Shown here: positions 28,754 through 39,804 of the stretch, one piece after another
Layout of the letters: every line of letters starts with the position of its first letter
Numbering within the stretch: position 1 is the first letter of the stretch
DNA from: Candidatus Thermosaccharophagus tengchongensis
GTDB taxonomy: Bacteria > Armatimonadota > Fervidibacteria > Fervidibacterales > Thermosaccharophagaceae
Length of the DNA: 64,000 bases
Assembly (NCBI GenBank): GCA_032161105.1
Contig: JAVHTD010000008.1
Strand: one strand, 5' to 3'
Notes under the pieces: model-generated
Database searches by the model: none
What the model saw: the letters and a program-made list of their open reading frames with translations, nothing else
What the model was told of the DNA's origin: nothing
Translations under genes and position numbers: made by a program

Positions 28754-30935
28754 AAGTCGCGCGGTCACATTGGCACACTGTGCACAGCACATTGGCACAG
28801 CGCCAATTGCTGTGCTTGTGCTCATTGCCGCAGCAGCACCGCTTGTGTGGTCGTTCCCAGAATTTCCGACTCTGGAACTCCACCCGGCGCGCATGCCATC
28901 GGCATTTAGCCTGCTCATCTTCACCCTTGCGCTTGCGAGCATTGTGGCGCATTTGTTGAAACGGAATCTGCGCGCTGATTCGGGGGAGGCGCACATCAGC
29001 GCAATCAATGTTGTGCTCCTTTCGTTCATCGCATTCTGCGCTGCAAGTTGCATTGACTCAATCTCACCGTGGGATAGCGCGATTGAGATGGTCAACACGC
29101 TCTCATTCTGCACCGCCTTCATCATCGCATCATCAGTTCGTGCCGAATGGGCATTGGCGTTGCTCTTGGCGATCTCAATTGGTGGGTATGTTGAAAGCCT
29201 GATTGCGCTGCGCGAGTATTGCGCCTCATATGCTGCTGGTCTGAAGGATTGGCGCGCCTTTGGGACTTTCCAAAATCCGAATTTGCTCGGCGGCTATATG
29301 GCTATGTGCCTTCCCGTTGTTCTGGCGCTCGCGCTTCACTTCAAGCGGGCGTCGTTTAAGTTCGTTTGTTGGTTGGCTTCATTGCTAATCGCGTTGGCAC
29401 TCATAGTGAGCGGCTCAAAGGGGGCATTTGTGGCATTGCTCTTTGCGATGGTGGCGTTTGGCTGGCTATCGTTGAGGCAGTTTCGCTCATGGCGCGTTTC
29501 CGTCCTCTCGCTCGCGGTTGGCTTGATGTTAATTGCTCTCGTTGCATCAATCCCGACGCTGCGCCACAGGATTGTCACGGCATTCAGCGAACAGGCACAT
29601 TCATGGCTGTTCAGGCTTTTCGTTTGGAGGGCAGCGCTGAGCATCACGGCTGCGCACCCGATCAATGGGACTGGCATTGGCACATTCCACCTTGCCTATC
29701 CGAGATTCACGCAAGTCGGACCGACATTCATGGCGCACAACGCCTTCCTGCAGATCGCTTCGGAGTGCGGCATAGCTGCATTGCTCTCCTTCGCCATCTT
29801 CATTTGGTTGTGCCTTCTTCGCTCGGCACGCTCAATTTCGGCATGCAAAGATGAATACCATTGGCTTCGCGTTGGCAGCATCTGCGGATGCATTTCCTTC
29901 GTCATGCACAACCTCGTTGATTGCACTTGGTATGTTCCGGCATCAAGACTTGCCTTTGCGCTCCTTTTAGCTTGCTCCGCAGCGGGGTGCATGGAGCAAA
30001 GTGAAAGCATGTCCAAACAGCACGCCAGCCGCGATGAAGGGGATTTGGGTTTGACCGAGGTGAGATTGCCAGTTCCGATCGTTGTCCGCAATGGGGTTGT
30101 GATCGGAATCGTCATTGCCCTCTTTACCTGCGCCTTCATTTCGCTGAGCCATACCGTTGCCGCGCTGCATGCTCTCAATGGGCGCAATTCCAAAAGCGCT
30201 TTATCAGCCGTTGAGGCATTTGAGAGGGCGATTGCGTGGGAGCCATTTAATGCCCGTCATAGAATCGCGCTCGCCAATGCATGCTTGGCGCTCGCAATGC
30301 GCAATGATGGAGCGGCCTTGAGGCGTTCGCTAAGGGAGGCTCTCACCGCTATCAAGCTGCAGCCGATGAGGGGTGCAAATTATCACACTCTGGCACGAGC
30401 CTACGCCGCACTCGGTGAGCGCTCAAAAGCAATTGAGGCATACAGGTTGGCGCTTAAGGTCAACCCGCATGATACACTCGCTATGATTGAACTCGGTCGC
30501 ATGCTTGAGCTGATGGGCAAAAGTGGAGAGGCAGTGGAAATGTATGAGCGCATCCTCAGCTTGATGCGCTCACCATATGGGAGATACAGGGCTGTTGATG
30601 CGCCAACAGACATTAACGCCGTCACTGCCGCCGTGAACTTGGCATCGTTGAAGCTGCGCAGTGGTTGCACCATGGGTGAGCTATTGCAGCTTAAGGGCGA
30701 TTTGGAATTGGCAACAGGCTTGGGTGAGGAGTATCTTGGCTTCTTCCATCCGCAGATGGGCGATATCGTGCGCCTCACATTGGATGAGGCAAAGCACCAA
30801 CTCTCACTCGCATATGCATACCTCTCGGTGGTGAGTGGTCGTTTGGGGCAAGCGGAGCAGTCGGCGAGGGCTAAGCGCAGGGCATTGGAGCTCAATCCGG
30901 ACATCAGCAAACTTGATTTGGGGGTGGGCAATTGA
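28626..30935 (+). CDS. O-antigen ligase family membrane protein with C-terminal TPRs
   Basis: [33 protein letters not shown]-like helices. Start uncertain, likely near 28750. Confidence 0.85.
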   Translation: MVRSQKLRCCAWCSNGGIGLRMRSSAGRKRRAHSPKTARAVLESRAVTLAHCAQHIGTAPIAVLVLIAAAAPLVWSFPEFPTLELHPARMPSAFSLLIFTLALASIVAHLLKRNLRADSGEAHISAINVVLLSFIAFCAASCIDSISPWDSAIEMVNTLSFCTAFIIASSVRAEWALALLLAISIGGYVESLIALREYCASYAAGLKDWRAFGTFQNPNLLGGYMAMCLPVVLALALHFKRASFKFVCWLASLLIALALIVSGSKGAFVALLFAMVAFGWLSLRQFRSWRVSVLSLAVGLMLIALVASIPTLRHRIVTAFSEQAHSWLFRLFVWRAALSITAAHPINGTGIGTFHLAYPRFTQVGPTFMAHNAFLQIASECGIAALLSFAIFIWLCLLRSARSISACKDEYHWLRVGSICGCISFVMHNLVDCTWYVPASRLAFALLLACSAAGCMEQSESMSKQHASRDEGDLGLTEVRLPVPIVVRNGVVIGIVIALFTCAFISLSHTVAALHALNGRNSKSALSAVEAFERAIAWEPFNARHRIALANACLALAMRNDGAALRRSLREALTAIKLQPMRGANYHTLARAYAALGERSKAIEAYRLALKVNPHDTLAMIELGRMLELMGKSGEAVEMYERILSLMRSPYGRYRAVDAPTDINAVTAAVNLASLKLRSGCTMGELLQLKGDLELATGLGEEYLGFFHPQMGDIVRLTLDEAKHQLSLAYAYLSVVSGRLGQAEQSARAKRRALELNPDISKLDLGVGN

Positions 30936-31438
30936 TGCCACTAAGGCGCCGCAAATCAAGCAACCTCAAGCGCAGGCTCACTATAGCGGTCTTTCATGGA
31001 CCAAACTTGAACTTGCTCGGTGTGCGGGAGCCATCAATCTACGGCTCTTTGACGCTTGATGAGATCAACCGCAAGCTTGAGGAGCTCGCTGATGAACTCG
31101 GCGTGAGCGTGCGCGCATTCCAAAGCAATCATGAGGGAGAGTTGATTGATGCCATTCATGATGCGAGGAACTGGGCAGATGCAATCATCATCAATGCGGG
31201 TGCGCTCACGCATTATTCAATTGCGCTTCACGATGCATTGAAGGCAGTCGGCTTGCCGGTCATTGAGGTTCATTTGACCAACATCCATGCAAGGGAGCCA
31301 TTTAGGCACACTTCCGTTATAGCACCGATAGCTGTCGGGCAGATTTGTGGCTTTGGCGTGCTCAGCTATCTGCTTGCATTGCGCGCCGCAGCTGCCATGT
31401 TGATGGAAAAGGCAGGGTGCGAAGGTGATGAGGTATGA
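30935..31438 (+). CDS. aroQ: Type II 3-dehydroquinate dehydratase
   Basis: [48 protein letters not shown]. Confidence 0.97.
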   Translation: MPLRRRKSSNLKRRLTIAVFHGPNLNLLGVREPSIYGSLTLDEINRKLEELADELGVSVRAFQSNHEGELIDAIHDARNWADAIIINAGALTHYSIALHDALKAVGLPVIEVHLTNIHAREPFRHTSVIAPIAVGQICGFGVLSYLLALRAAAAMLMEKAGCEGDEV

Positions 31439-32532
31439 CCATCAGGATGCCGTATGAGGAGAGGTTGAAGAAGCTGCAGGACAAGTTCCAGCAAATGCGA
31501 ATTGATGCGCTGCTCATCACGCACATGCCGAATATACGCTACCTTGTCGGGTTCACCGGCACATCCGGGATTCTACTTGTCGGGCGCAGTGAATGCGTCT
31601 TCATAACCGATGGCAGGTATGATGCGCAGGCGCATGAGGAAGTGAAGGGGGCAAAGGTGAAGATAGCGCCGCGCCGAAAAAGCTACTTTGATGTTGCGGC
31701 GAGCTTGCTCAGGCGTTGGGGAATTGGCGCCATCGGAATTGAGGCAGAACGGATAAGCGTGGCTCAGTTTGAGAGGCTTAAGGGGTTGCTGCACAAAGCT
31801 AAGGTGCGCAAGCTTGACGGAGTTGTTGAAAGGATGCGCTCTATCAAAGACGAAGCCGAGTTGCAGTTCTTAAGGAAAGCTGCCGGGGTCGCCGATGCTG
31901 CGTATGAGCATGCTCTCTCCGTAATTCGCCCGGGAGTTAAGGAGCGTGATGTTGCTCTTGAGCTTGAGAGGTTCATCAAGTCAAGCGGTGCTGAAGACAT
32001 CTCGTTTGATATCATAGTTGCATCCGGATATAGGAGCGCGATGGCGCATGGGATTGCTTCGGATAAGGTTATTGAGCGCGGCGATTTGGTCGTGCTTGAC
32101 TTCGGCGCTGTGTGCGATGGCTACCACTCCGATTTGACGCGCACGGTAGCCGTTGGGAGAGCCGATAAGATGGGGCGTTCAATATACTCCGCCGTGTTGA
32201 GGGCACAACTTGCAGCCATTGAGGAGGTGCGCTCTGGGAAGACAATGAAGCAGGTTGAAGCTGTAGCGAGGAGGGAATTGCGCTCAAGTGGCTATGAGCG
32301 TCATTTCAAGCACGGCATTGGGCACGGTGTCGGATTGGAAATCCACGAATTGCCCAGCCCAAAACAGAGTGGTGGCGGGTTGATGGAAGCTGGTTGCGTG
32401 GTGACGATTGAACCCGGGGTCTACATTGAGGGTGTCTGTGGTGTGAGGATTGAGGACATGGTTTTGGTCAAGCAGGATGGTTATGAGGTGCTCACATCGG
32501 CTCAAAAGGAAAGCGAACTGCCCGTGCTTTAA
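31435..32532 (+). CDS. pepP: Xaa-Pro aminopeptidase (M24B)
   Basis: [39 protein letters not shown]; follows aroQ as is common. Confidence 0.9.
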   Translation: MTIRMPYEERLKKLQDKFQQMRIDALLITHMPNIRYLVGFTGTSGILLVGRSECVFITDGRYDAQAHEEVKGAKVKIAPRRKSYFDVAASLLRRWGIGAIGIEAERISVAQFERLKGLLHKAKVRKLDGVVERMRSIKDEAELQFLRKAAGVADAAYEHALSVIRPGVKERDVALELERFIKSSGAEDISFDIIVASGYRSAMAHGIASDKVIERGDLVVLDFGAVCDGYHSDLTRTVAVGRADKMGRSIYSAVLRAQLAAIEEVRSGKTMKQVEAVARRELRSSGYERHFKHGIGHGVGLEIHELPSPKQSGGGLMEAGCVVTIEPGVYIEGVCGVRIEDMVLVKQDGYEVLTSAQKESELPVL

Positions 32533-32775
32533 TTTGCACCAACTGGCAATTGCGCTTTGTGTGGTAATTTGCGGGGCTGCGATATCGGATGCGGTGTATG
32601 ACAAACACTGCGCTGCTGTTGTTCTGTGTTCATCAAATGGCTTGCATCGCTTGGGATTTCCCGCGCGCTGGTAATGCAGCAATTTGCTCCGCAACTTTGT
32701 TGCAGGCGTTCAAATCTTAATGGGCGGATGGGATTGTTCTCCATTGGAAAATTTATCGGAGCGGAGGTGAGTTAA

Positions 32776-33642
32776 ATGGAGCGATATCGTGGCGGCTGTG
32801 TTTCTCGGCGCAGCTTCATTGGGAGCACCATAAGAGGCGTTGCGGGAATGGCGCTTGGCGGTGCTCTCGGGTTTGTGCTATCACATGAAGCAAAAGGTGG
32901 TGAGGCTGCGGTGAAGGAGCCATACTGCGGGTTCAGAGTCGGATTGCAGAGTTACTCGCTGCGCAAGTTTGGTGCTGAGGAAGCGGCTGCAATGGTTGCC
33001 CAACTCGGTCTCAAGTATGTTGAGGCGTATCCGGCTCACCTTCCGGCTCGCAAGGACATAGTTGAGGATGCAAAAGCGGTGCTTGAAAGGCACGGCTTAA
33101 AGGTTGTAGCGTATGGCGTCGTCAGACTGACTAAGGATGAGAAGGCGATGAGGAGCTTATTTGAGTTTGCGAAAGCCATGGGGATTGAAGTGCTATCGGC
33201 TGATCCAGACCCTGACAGCTTTGAGCTGCTTGATAAGCTCACCGAGGAGTATGGTGTTGCCGTTGGAATACACAATCACGGACCCGGACACAGGTGGAAC
33301 ACAACTGAAACAATGCGCAAGGCGATTGAAGGGCACAGCGTCAAAGTCGGCATTTGCCTTGACACCGGGCACTTGGCGAGAGCCGGTGATGACATCGTCA
33401 AAGCCGTGCACATCTTCAAGGAGAGGCTTCATGGTGTTCATTTGAAGGATGTGGATGCAAACAAGCGCGATGTGGTTGTCGGCTCGGGCGTCCTTGACAT
33501 CAAGGGCTTTTTCAAGGCATTGAAGGAGACGCAGTTCAAGGGCTACATTGCTCTTGAATATGAGCTTGAGCCGGATAACCCAATTCCGGGGATTCGCAAG
33601 TCGCTTGAATTCATTCAGAAGGTGTGCGCCGAATTGGCGTGA
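32776..33642 (+). CDS. Tat-exported sugar phosphate isomerase/epimerase (AP_endonuc_2 TIM barrel)
   Basis: SRRSFI signal; QSYSLR, IHNHG, LDTGH, HLKD, LEYE. Confidence 0.88.
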   Translation: MERYRGGCVSRRSFIGSTIRGVAGMALGGALGFVLSHEAKGGEAAVKEPYCGFRVGLQSYSLRKFGAEEAAAMVAQLGLKYVEAYPAHLPARKDIVEDAKAVLERHGLKVVAYGVVRLTKDEKAMRSLFEFAKAMGIEVLSADPDPDSFELLDKLTEEYGVAVGIHNHGPGHRWNTTETMRKAIEGHSVKVGICLDTGHLARAGDDIVKAVHIFKERLHGVHLKDVDANKRDVVVGSGVLDIKGFFKALKETQFKGYIALEYELEPDNPIPGIRKSLEFIQKVCAELA

Positions 33643-33729
33643 AGTTAAGCGGCGCACCAAAGGCGCTTTGCGGTGGAAAAGGCACTGTGGAGTGGGCTTG
33701 CAAAAATGGCAATGATGGTGGTGAGCGGT

Positions 33730-34716
33730 ATGAGAAAGAGGCACATCATTTTGTTGGTGGCTGTATGTGCCGCCTCATTTTTAGCGTTGGCGATTTGCAT
33801 GACGGTTGCGCAACAGGCGAAGCCCGTTAAGGTTCCCATTCGCGGTGCATGTCAAACATGTCACAAGGTGCACGCTGATGAGTGGCTAAAGTCAGCTCAT
33901 GCAAGAGCGTGGATAAGTGAGCTGTTCAAAGAGATGAGCAATGAGTATGAAGATGAGGACTGCCTTCACTGCCATGCACCGGAGCGCTTGCTTGATACAG
34001 GTTATGGCAACGAGCCGAAGTTGCGTGAACGCACAAGGGAAGGTGGCGTCGATTGCTCAGCGTGTCATGCCGACATAAAGGGTGCAATGCATGGTCCTTA
34101 CGAGATTGAGCGTGAGTTCCATGAGAATGTGAAAAATGAGAAGCTTGGCACAGTTGAGATGTGCGCAAGTTGCCACGCCAAGTTCGGAACTATAAGCGAA
34201 TTTAAGGGGAGCAGGTGGGGCAAGAGTCCAAAAGGCTGCGTTGAGTGCCATATGCCGAAGGTTGAACGCCCGATAGGCGAGATACCGACGGTTGAAAAGA
34301 AGTATCCAGTTAGGGCATCTCATGTGCACACATTCAGAGGCGTTGAGGATATTGAGTTTGTCCGAGAGTCACTCAAGCTTGAGGCTGCTGTTGATGGCGA
34401 TGAGCTTTTGGTGAAGTTGAGCAGCCTCAATGTGGGGCACAATTTCCCAACTGGCTTCAATGTGAGTGCAGCCTTAGTTGATGTATCGCTTCGTGATGGC
34501 GATAGGGTTTTGCAATCGTTTAAACATTTGCTCTCCGATGAGCGTCCCAGTGGTGGTAAGGACACTCGCCTGTTGCCCGAAGAAACACTCACGCTCCACT
34601 TCCCACTTGACGGCAAGAAGGGGATTGCTGTTGTGCGCTTGTTATACAAGCGCCCAAAGACGCTTCCCGATGAGAAGGCTCTTGAATTGCTCAGGGTTGA
34701 AGTGCCCGTCAAGTGA
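33730..34716 (+). CDS. Exported multiheme c-type cytochrome (5 CxxCH)
   Basis: CQTCH, CLHCH, CSACH, CASCH, CVECH; signal peptide; GHNFPTG C-terminal domain. Confidence 0.88.
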   Translation: MRKRHIILLVAVCAASFLALAICMTVAQQAKPVKVPIRGACQTCHKVHADEWLKSAHARAWISELFKEMSNEYEDEDCLHCHAPERLLDTGYGNEPKLRERTREGGVDCSACHADIKGAMHGPYEIEREFHENVKNEKLGTVEMCASCHAKFGTISEFKGSRWGKSPKGCVECHMPKVERPIGEIPTVEKKYPVRASHVHTFRGVEDIEFVRESLKLEAAVDGDELLVKLSSLNVGHNFPTGFNVSAALVDVSLRDGDRVLQSFKHLLSDERPSGGKDTRLLPEETLTLHFPLDGKKGIAVVRLLYKRPKTLPDEKALELLRVEVPVK

Positions 34717-34807
34717 TCAAGTAAACTGTCGCACCAGTTCTGCCGTCATCGTGTGGCATTGATTCGGGTGCAGATGGCGGGGCTTTTTCTGCGGCATGAT
34801 GGTCATT

Positions 34808-35734
34808 CTACGAAGCGATGATGCGCATTGGGTTTGTCCAGGCGAAGTTGTCGTCGGCATCTACGCACTCAACCCTCAAAAAGCGTTCATTGCCACGCAG
34901 CTTGTAGTGCGCTTCGGTGAGCATGTCCTTCCCGATTGCCGTCCATTTTTCCCCTTTGCCGTTGTCCGAGATGAATGTGATTGCCCTGACCGGTGATGTC
35001 TCAACATGCACCCATTCATCCTCAATATGCACATTCAGGATTTGTGGTCCCGTGCTTGAGTAAAACATTCCTTCCCGCAGCGCCCCCAGGACATCTTGCA
35101 CTGTCAGTTGGCGGCACTTGACCATGACCCAAGCTCCGCAGATGTCAACCGGGCGATGCTCATTGAAGTGATAATGTGCATCATCCACAGCTACGCCCCA
35201 AATGAAGCGCCCGCGCAGGAGGAGATCATCCCAATGCGTTGTTGAAAAACCCTTACCAACAGCGTGGTGACACGATGTGTTGAATATCTCAATTGCGATG
35301 TAGCCATCAAATGAGAGCATGTCATGCGCTGTCAGCTGTGACCAGTATGGATGGCAAAGGACAGCGACGCCACCTAACGAGCGTATTTCCTCCACAAACC
35401 TGCCCGGTGATATGTCCATTGCTGAAATCCCATCTGGCTTCTCCCATTGGCGTTCAATCCCTATCGCAACAAAATGGAAGTCAGTGCCGGCTTCGGATAA
35501 GCCAACACTTATTTCTTCACCCGGTATGAGTAGCACTCCGTAAGTCTCCTCACCCTCAATCAGGGTTAGTTTGTTATGGTCGGTGATGGCGAGGAAGTGA
35601 TAGCCTGCTTCGGCGTATCGTCTCACCACATCTTTCGGTTCCAAGTCGCCATCGCTTCGTTTGGTGTGAGTATGCAAATTGCCCTTGAACCAAGCCCCAT
35701 CGGATGAGAACGGATTTGGGAATTCAACACGCAT
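34808..35734 (-). CDS. PHP-domain metallohydrolase (CehA/McbA-like)
   Basis: KGNLHTHT-SDG, AITDHN, CHPYW, DDAH, AWTNP. Confidence 0.88.
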   Translation of the reverse strand: MRVEFPNPFSSDGAWFKGNLHTHTKRSDGDLEPKDVVRRYAEAGYHFLAITDHNKLTLIEGEETYGVLLIPGEEISVGLSEAGTDFHFVAIGIERQWEKPDGISAMDISPGRFVEEIRSLGGVAVLCHPYWSQLTAHDMLSFDGYIAIEIFNTSCHHAVGKGFSTTHWDDLLLRGRFIWGVAVDDAHYHFNEHRPVDICGAWVMVKCRQLTVQDVLGALREGMFYSSTGPQILNVHIEDEWVHVETSPVRAITFISDNGKGEKWTAIGKDMLTEAHYKLRGNERFLRVECVDADDNFAWTNPMRIIAS

Positions 35735-35909
35735 TTCAAATCACTCCCCATGCGCCCTCAAAATGCGGCGGAGTTCCGTTTGCCGTGCGGTCATTGAGGA
35801 GATTGTATCTCATGCCTTTTGATGGTTCACTGCGGTATAGTGATTATGGCGTGCCGATGGTTTTGCGCATGCAATGCCGATGCATTTAACACACAGGTGG
35901 TGAGGGAAG

Positions 35910-36464
35910 GTGAACTTCGTGATTTTGGCTGTCGGCGTTTTATTCGTTTTGGCTGCCTTTGTTGTGGTTGCATACAACAGGCTTGTGCGCTTGAGCATGC
36001 TCGTTGATAACGCATGGTCGGATGTAGATGTGCAGTTGAAGCGCCGCCACGACTTGATCCCGAACATCATTGAGGCTGTGAAGGGCTACATGAGTTATGA
36101 GCGGGCAACCCTTGAGAGGGTTGTGCAAGCACGCGGTCAGGCAATATCATCCTCAACGCCTGATCAAAGGGCGCAAGCTGAGGGCTTGCTCACGGCAGCA
36201 TTGAGGCAATTATTTGCGCTCGCCGAAGCATACCCCGACTTGAAAGCCAACCAAAGTTTCCTTGACCTGCAGGCGCAGCTCTCGGAGATTGAGGAGCAAA
36301 TTCAACTTGCACGCCGATACTACAATGCCGTTGTGCGAGATTACAACACCGCAACTCGCACCTTCCCAAGTAACATAGTTGCGGCTCTGTTCGGTTTCAG
36401 AGAGCGGCGCTTCTTTGAATTGCCCGATGTGCACGAGCGCGAGGTGCCTCAGGTGCGCTTTTGA
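35910..36464 (+). CDS. lemA: LemA family protein
   Basis: YNRLV, NAWSDVDVQLKRRHDLIPN, EAYPDLKAN, RRYYNA-FPSN. Confidence 0.95.
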   Translation: MNFVILAVGVLFVLAAFVVVAYNRLVRLSMLVDNAWSDVDVQLKRRHDLIPNIIEAVKGYMSYERATLERVVQARGQAISSSTPDQRAQAEGLLTAALRQLFALAEAYPDLKANQSFLDLQAQLSEIEEQIQLARRYYNAVVRDYNTATRTFPSNIVAALFGFRERRFFELPDVHEREVPQVRF

Positions 36465-36523
36465 TGGTTGGCGGAGCTGCGCAGCGTGGGCTGCAGCGTT
36501 TTTGAGTCAGACTCGCTTTTGAG

Positions 36524-38491
36524 GTGAGTGCAATGGATGTTGCGGTGAGCGGTAAAGTGAGCAGCGTGAATTCAATTTCCGTTGGATGGCTCTTTCGCGC
36601 GTGGTTATGTGTCCTTCTTCAAGTTGGCAGTGCATCAATCCGATGCAGCGGCTGGGAGATTGAGAGGTTCATCACCGATGTAATGGTGCACGATGATGCG
36701 CACATAACTGTAACCGAGCGGTTGAAGGTTGACTTCGGCGGCGAGTTGCGCCATGGCATCTTCAGGACAATACCATACCGCTATAAGCGCCATTTGAAGT
36801 TGCCCATGGGAAGCACGATGCCGCTACTCTACAACCTTCGCATTAAAGTCCGCCATGTGACCGATGGCTTCGGCAGAGGGTTAAAATATCGCGTCTCACG
36901 CAAGAACGGTTACATTGAGATACGGATTGGCGATCCAAAAGTGGTTGTGAGCGGCATTCAGGATTATGTCATCACATACGATGTTTGGCGCGCCCTCGTC
37001 AAGCTGCCGGCACATGCAGCGAGCGTTATGCGGCGTAAGTGGGAAGGAAGTCTTAGTGTTGTTGAACTCTATTGGAATGCCACCGGGAATGAGTGGCGTG
37101 TCCCAATAGGTGAGGCAATTGCGAATGTGATGTTGCCCAACGGCGTTGACGGGCTTGATGAGCGCTCAGTGATGGTGGCATTTTACACTGGACCTTACGG
37201 CTCAGCGGAGCACAAGGGATGGGTGCGGCGTTCCAAGGACTGCATCTCATTTGGGACGGACAGGTTGGAGCCGGGATGTGGATTAACAATTTCCGTCGGC
37301 ATGCCAGTTGATGCATTCTCATTTCCAAGCGCTGTTCAGGAATTGATCTGGGCGCTTCTGGATAACTGGCATTTGGTGGTTGCTTTACTTGCGCCATTGA
37401 TTGCGCTCATCTGCATGCTCACGATGTGGTATCGTTTTGGGCGTGACCCATATTCACACCTCCCCGTAGTTGTGCAGTATGAGCCACCGAAGGACCTGAC
37501 CCCGGCGGAAGCTGGCACATTGGTTGATGAGCGCGCTGATGTGGATGACATTACTGCGACAGTCATTGATTTGGCTGCGAGGGGTTACATCAGGATCCGA
37601 GAACTCAAGACGACCAAGTTCCTCTTCCTCGCAGACAAGGATTATGAGTTTACGCTGCTGAAGCCGCTTGCAGACATGTCAGTTCGGGGGGAAAGCAAGG
37701 GCGCAAAAGGGAGACCCTCAAGTGGAGTTGAGAGGCTGGATGCCGAAGCTGAGGCGAGAGCTGAAGCCTTTCACGGCGTCGGTGATGAGGCGCTTGAGAG
37801 GCATGAATATCTCATGCTCGTTGGGATGTTTGAGAGTGGTGACAGAGTTCTGCTCTCGCAATTGCGCAACAAGTTCTATCGCCACCTACCCGGCATTCGG
37901 GATGCGCTTTATAGGACGCTCTCCAAGCACAAGCGGTTGTTTTATGGCGACCCTGACGAAGTGCGGAATCGCTACCGATGCATCGGAATTATCGGAGCTG
38001 CAGCGCTCTGCGGCGTTGTTTTTGCCCTCTCGCAGTTACTTAATGTGGACTTCGCGTCAATGCTTGTAGCTATGTTTGGCGTCTCAAGCAGCGGTGCGGT
38101 CGTTTGGCTCCTTGCGCCGCTCATGCCCAGAAAAACTTCTCTCGGTGTTGAGGCGTTGCGATACATACTCGGATTTAAGGAGTTCATCATGCGCGCCGAG
38201 AAAGACAGACTTGAAAGGATGGCATCTGAAGACCCGACGTTGTTCGGGCGCATACTGCCGTATGCCGTTGTGCTCGGTGTGGTGGATGAGTGGGCTGAGA
38301 AAATGAGGGACATAATTCGTCATCCACCGGAATGGTATGAGAGCAGCGACTATTATGCCGGTGGGTTCAGTTCAACCCGATTTATTCACGACATTGGGCA
38401 TGCAATGCGAACGATGGGCAGCACTTTCACATCGGCTCCTCGTGAAGTTAGTGGAGGCGGTTTTGGTGGCGGTGGCGGTGGAGCTTGGTGA
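36524..38491 (+). CDS. DUF2207 membrane protein
   Basis: HGIFR, LYWNATG, PPKDLTPAE, LPYAVVLG and a GGGFGGGGGGAW tail; usual partner of lemA. Confidence 0.9.
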   Translation: MSAMDVAVSGKVSSVNSISVGWLFRAWLCVLLQVGSASIRCSGWEIERFITDVMVHDDAHITVTERLKVDFGGELRHGIFRTIPYRYKRHLKLPMGSTMPLLYNLRIKVRHVTDGFGRGLKYRVSRKNGYIEIRIGDPKVVVSGIQDYVITYDVWRALVKLPAHAASVMRRKWEGSLSVVELYWNATGNEWRVPIGEAIANVMLPNGVDGLDERSVMVAFYTGPYGSAEHKGWVRRSKDCISFGTDRLEPGCGLTISVGMPVDAFSFPSAVQELIWALLDNWHLVVALLAPLIALICMLTMWYRFGRDPYSHLPVVVQYEPPKDLTPAEAGTLVDERADVDDITATVIDLAARGYIRIRELKTTKFLFLADKDYEFTLLKPLADMSVRGESKGAKGRPSSGVERLDAEAEARAEAFHGVGDEALERHEYLMLVGMFESGDRVLLSQLRNKFYRHLPGIRDALYRTLSKHKRLFYGDPDEVRNRYRCIGIIGAAALCGVVFALSQLLNVDFASMLVAMFGVSSSGAVVWLLAPLMPRKTSLGVEALRYILGFKEFIMRAEKDRLERMASEDPTLFGRILPYAVVLGVVDEWAEKMRDIIRHPPEWYESSDYYAGGFSSTRFIHDIGHAMRTMGSTFTSAPREVSGGGFGGGGGGAW

Positions 38492-38512
38492 ACATGTGCG
38501 AACGGTCACCAA

Positions 38513-39745
38513 ATGTGTGCGATGGTGAGCGTTATGCGGCATCGGTGGGAAGAAGAACTTCGCGTTGAGGTGAAAGCGCCAGTCGTTGATTTTGAGCAGC
38601 ACAATGAAGAGGTAAAGCGCGTTTGGGAAGCTTACCGCATGAGGAAGCCAATCAGGGTGCCGATGATAATTGGCACAAATGTGCGCTACACGATGCATCG
38701 CAAAGGCGCAAATCCATCCGGCATAACTTTTGAACGCATGTTTTCCGACCCTGAGGCGATGCTGCGAAGGCAGCTTGAACACGAATGGTTTATGCGCCAC
38801 TTCATCACCCAAGATGCCGAGATGGGCTTGCCAAAGGATGGTTGGCATGTCGGCGTTCACTTCCAAAATGTTTACGAGGCAGCTTGGCTTGGGTGTGAGA
38901 TTGTGTTCCTTGAGGGGCAAGTGCCGGATACAAAGCCGATGCTCCCCGATGACGACCGCAAAAATATGCTCTTTGATTTGGGGATGCCAGACCCGTTCAC
39001 CGGCGGTTTGATGAAGCGCAATTGGGAGTTTTACGAGTTCATCAAGCGCAAGCAGGAGGAAGGGTTCACATTTTTTGGCAAGCCGATTGCAAGCGTAATG
39101 CCATGCGGGTTGGGGACTGATGGACCTTTTACAGTGGCATGCAAGGTTCGCGGCGTGGAGAAGTTTTTGCTTGACTTGATTTGTGATACTGAGTATGCGC
39201 TTCGCCTCCTTGACTTCGTCACGACGGCAATAATTGAGCGCATATTGGCTTACCGAAGGCATCTCGGGCTGGAGCTGAAGCCGAAGACATGGGGCTTCGC
39301 CGACGATGCGATACAGTTCATCTCACAGGAGATGTATCGTGAGATTGTCTTCCCATTTCACAAGCGCCTCGTTGACGAGCTCTCTTCCGGTGGACCGATA
39401 AGCATTCACCTTTGCGGTGATGTGGAGCGCCATCTCAAGTTCATCCACGAGAACCTCAATGTCTGGAGCTTTGATACTGGCTTTCCGATTGACCTTGCGA
39501 GGGTGCGCCGTGAACTTGGTCCCGATGTGGAGTTAATCGGTGGACCGACGATCACATTCCTTGAGCGTGCCACACCTGAGCAGGTTGTTGAAGAAGTGAG
39601 GCGCATATTGCAATCGGGCGTTATGGATGGCGGCAGGTTCATACTCCGTGAGGCGAATAATCTGCCACCCGGCGTTCCACTTGAAAATGTGTGGGCGATG
39701 TATCGTGCAGTGAAGCAGTATGGTGTGTATGAATATGTTGGGTGA
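38513..39745 (+). CDS. UroD/methyltransferase family protein
   Basis: DGPFTVA, ADDA, HLCGD, GGRFILREANNLPP. Confidence 0.8.
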   Translation: MCAMVSVMRHRWEEELRVEVKAPVVDFEQHNEEVKRVWEAYRMRKPIRVPMIIGTNVRYTMHRKGANPSGITFERMFSDPEAMLRRQLEHEWFMRHFITQDAEMGLPKDGWHVGVHFQNVYEAAWLGCEIVFLEGQVPDTKPMLPDDDRKNMLFDLGMPDPFTGGLMKRNWEFYEFIKRKQEEGFTFFGKPIASVMPCGLGTDGPFTVACKVRGVEKFLLDLICDTEYALRLLDFVTTAIIERILAYRRHLGLELKPKTWGFADDAIQFISQEMYREIVFPFHKRLVDELSSGGPISIHLCGDVERHLKFIHENLNVWSFDTGFPIDLARVRRELGPDVELIGGPTITFLERATPEQVVEEVRRILQSGVMDGGRFILREANNLPPGVPLENVWAMYRAVKQYGVYEYVG

Positions 39746-39804
39746 TGATGCATCCGATTAGTGGCGCTGATTTAAAGCGCCATCGTTATCAGGGGTGTTG
39801 TCAG

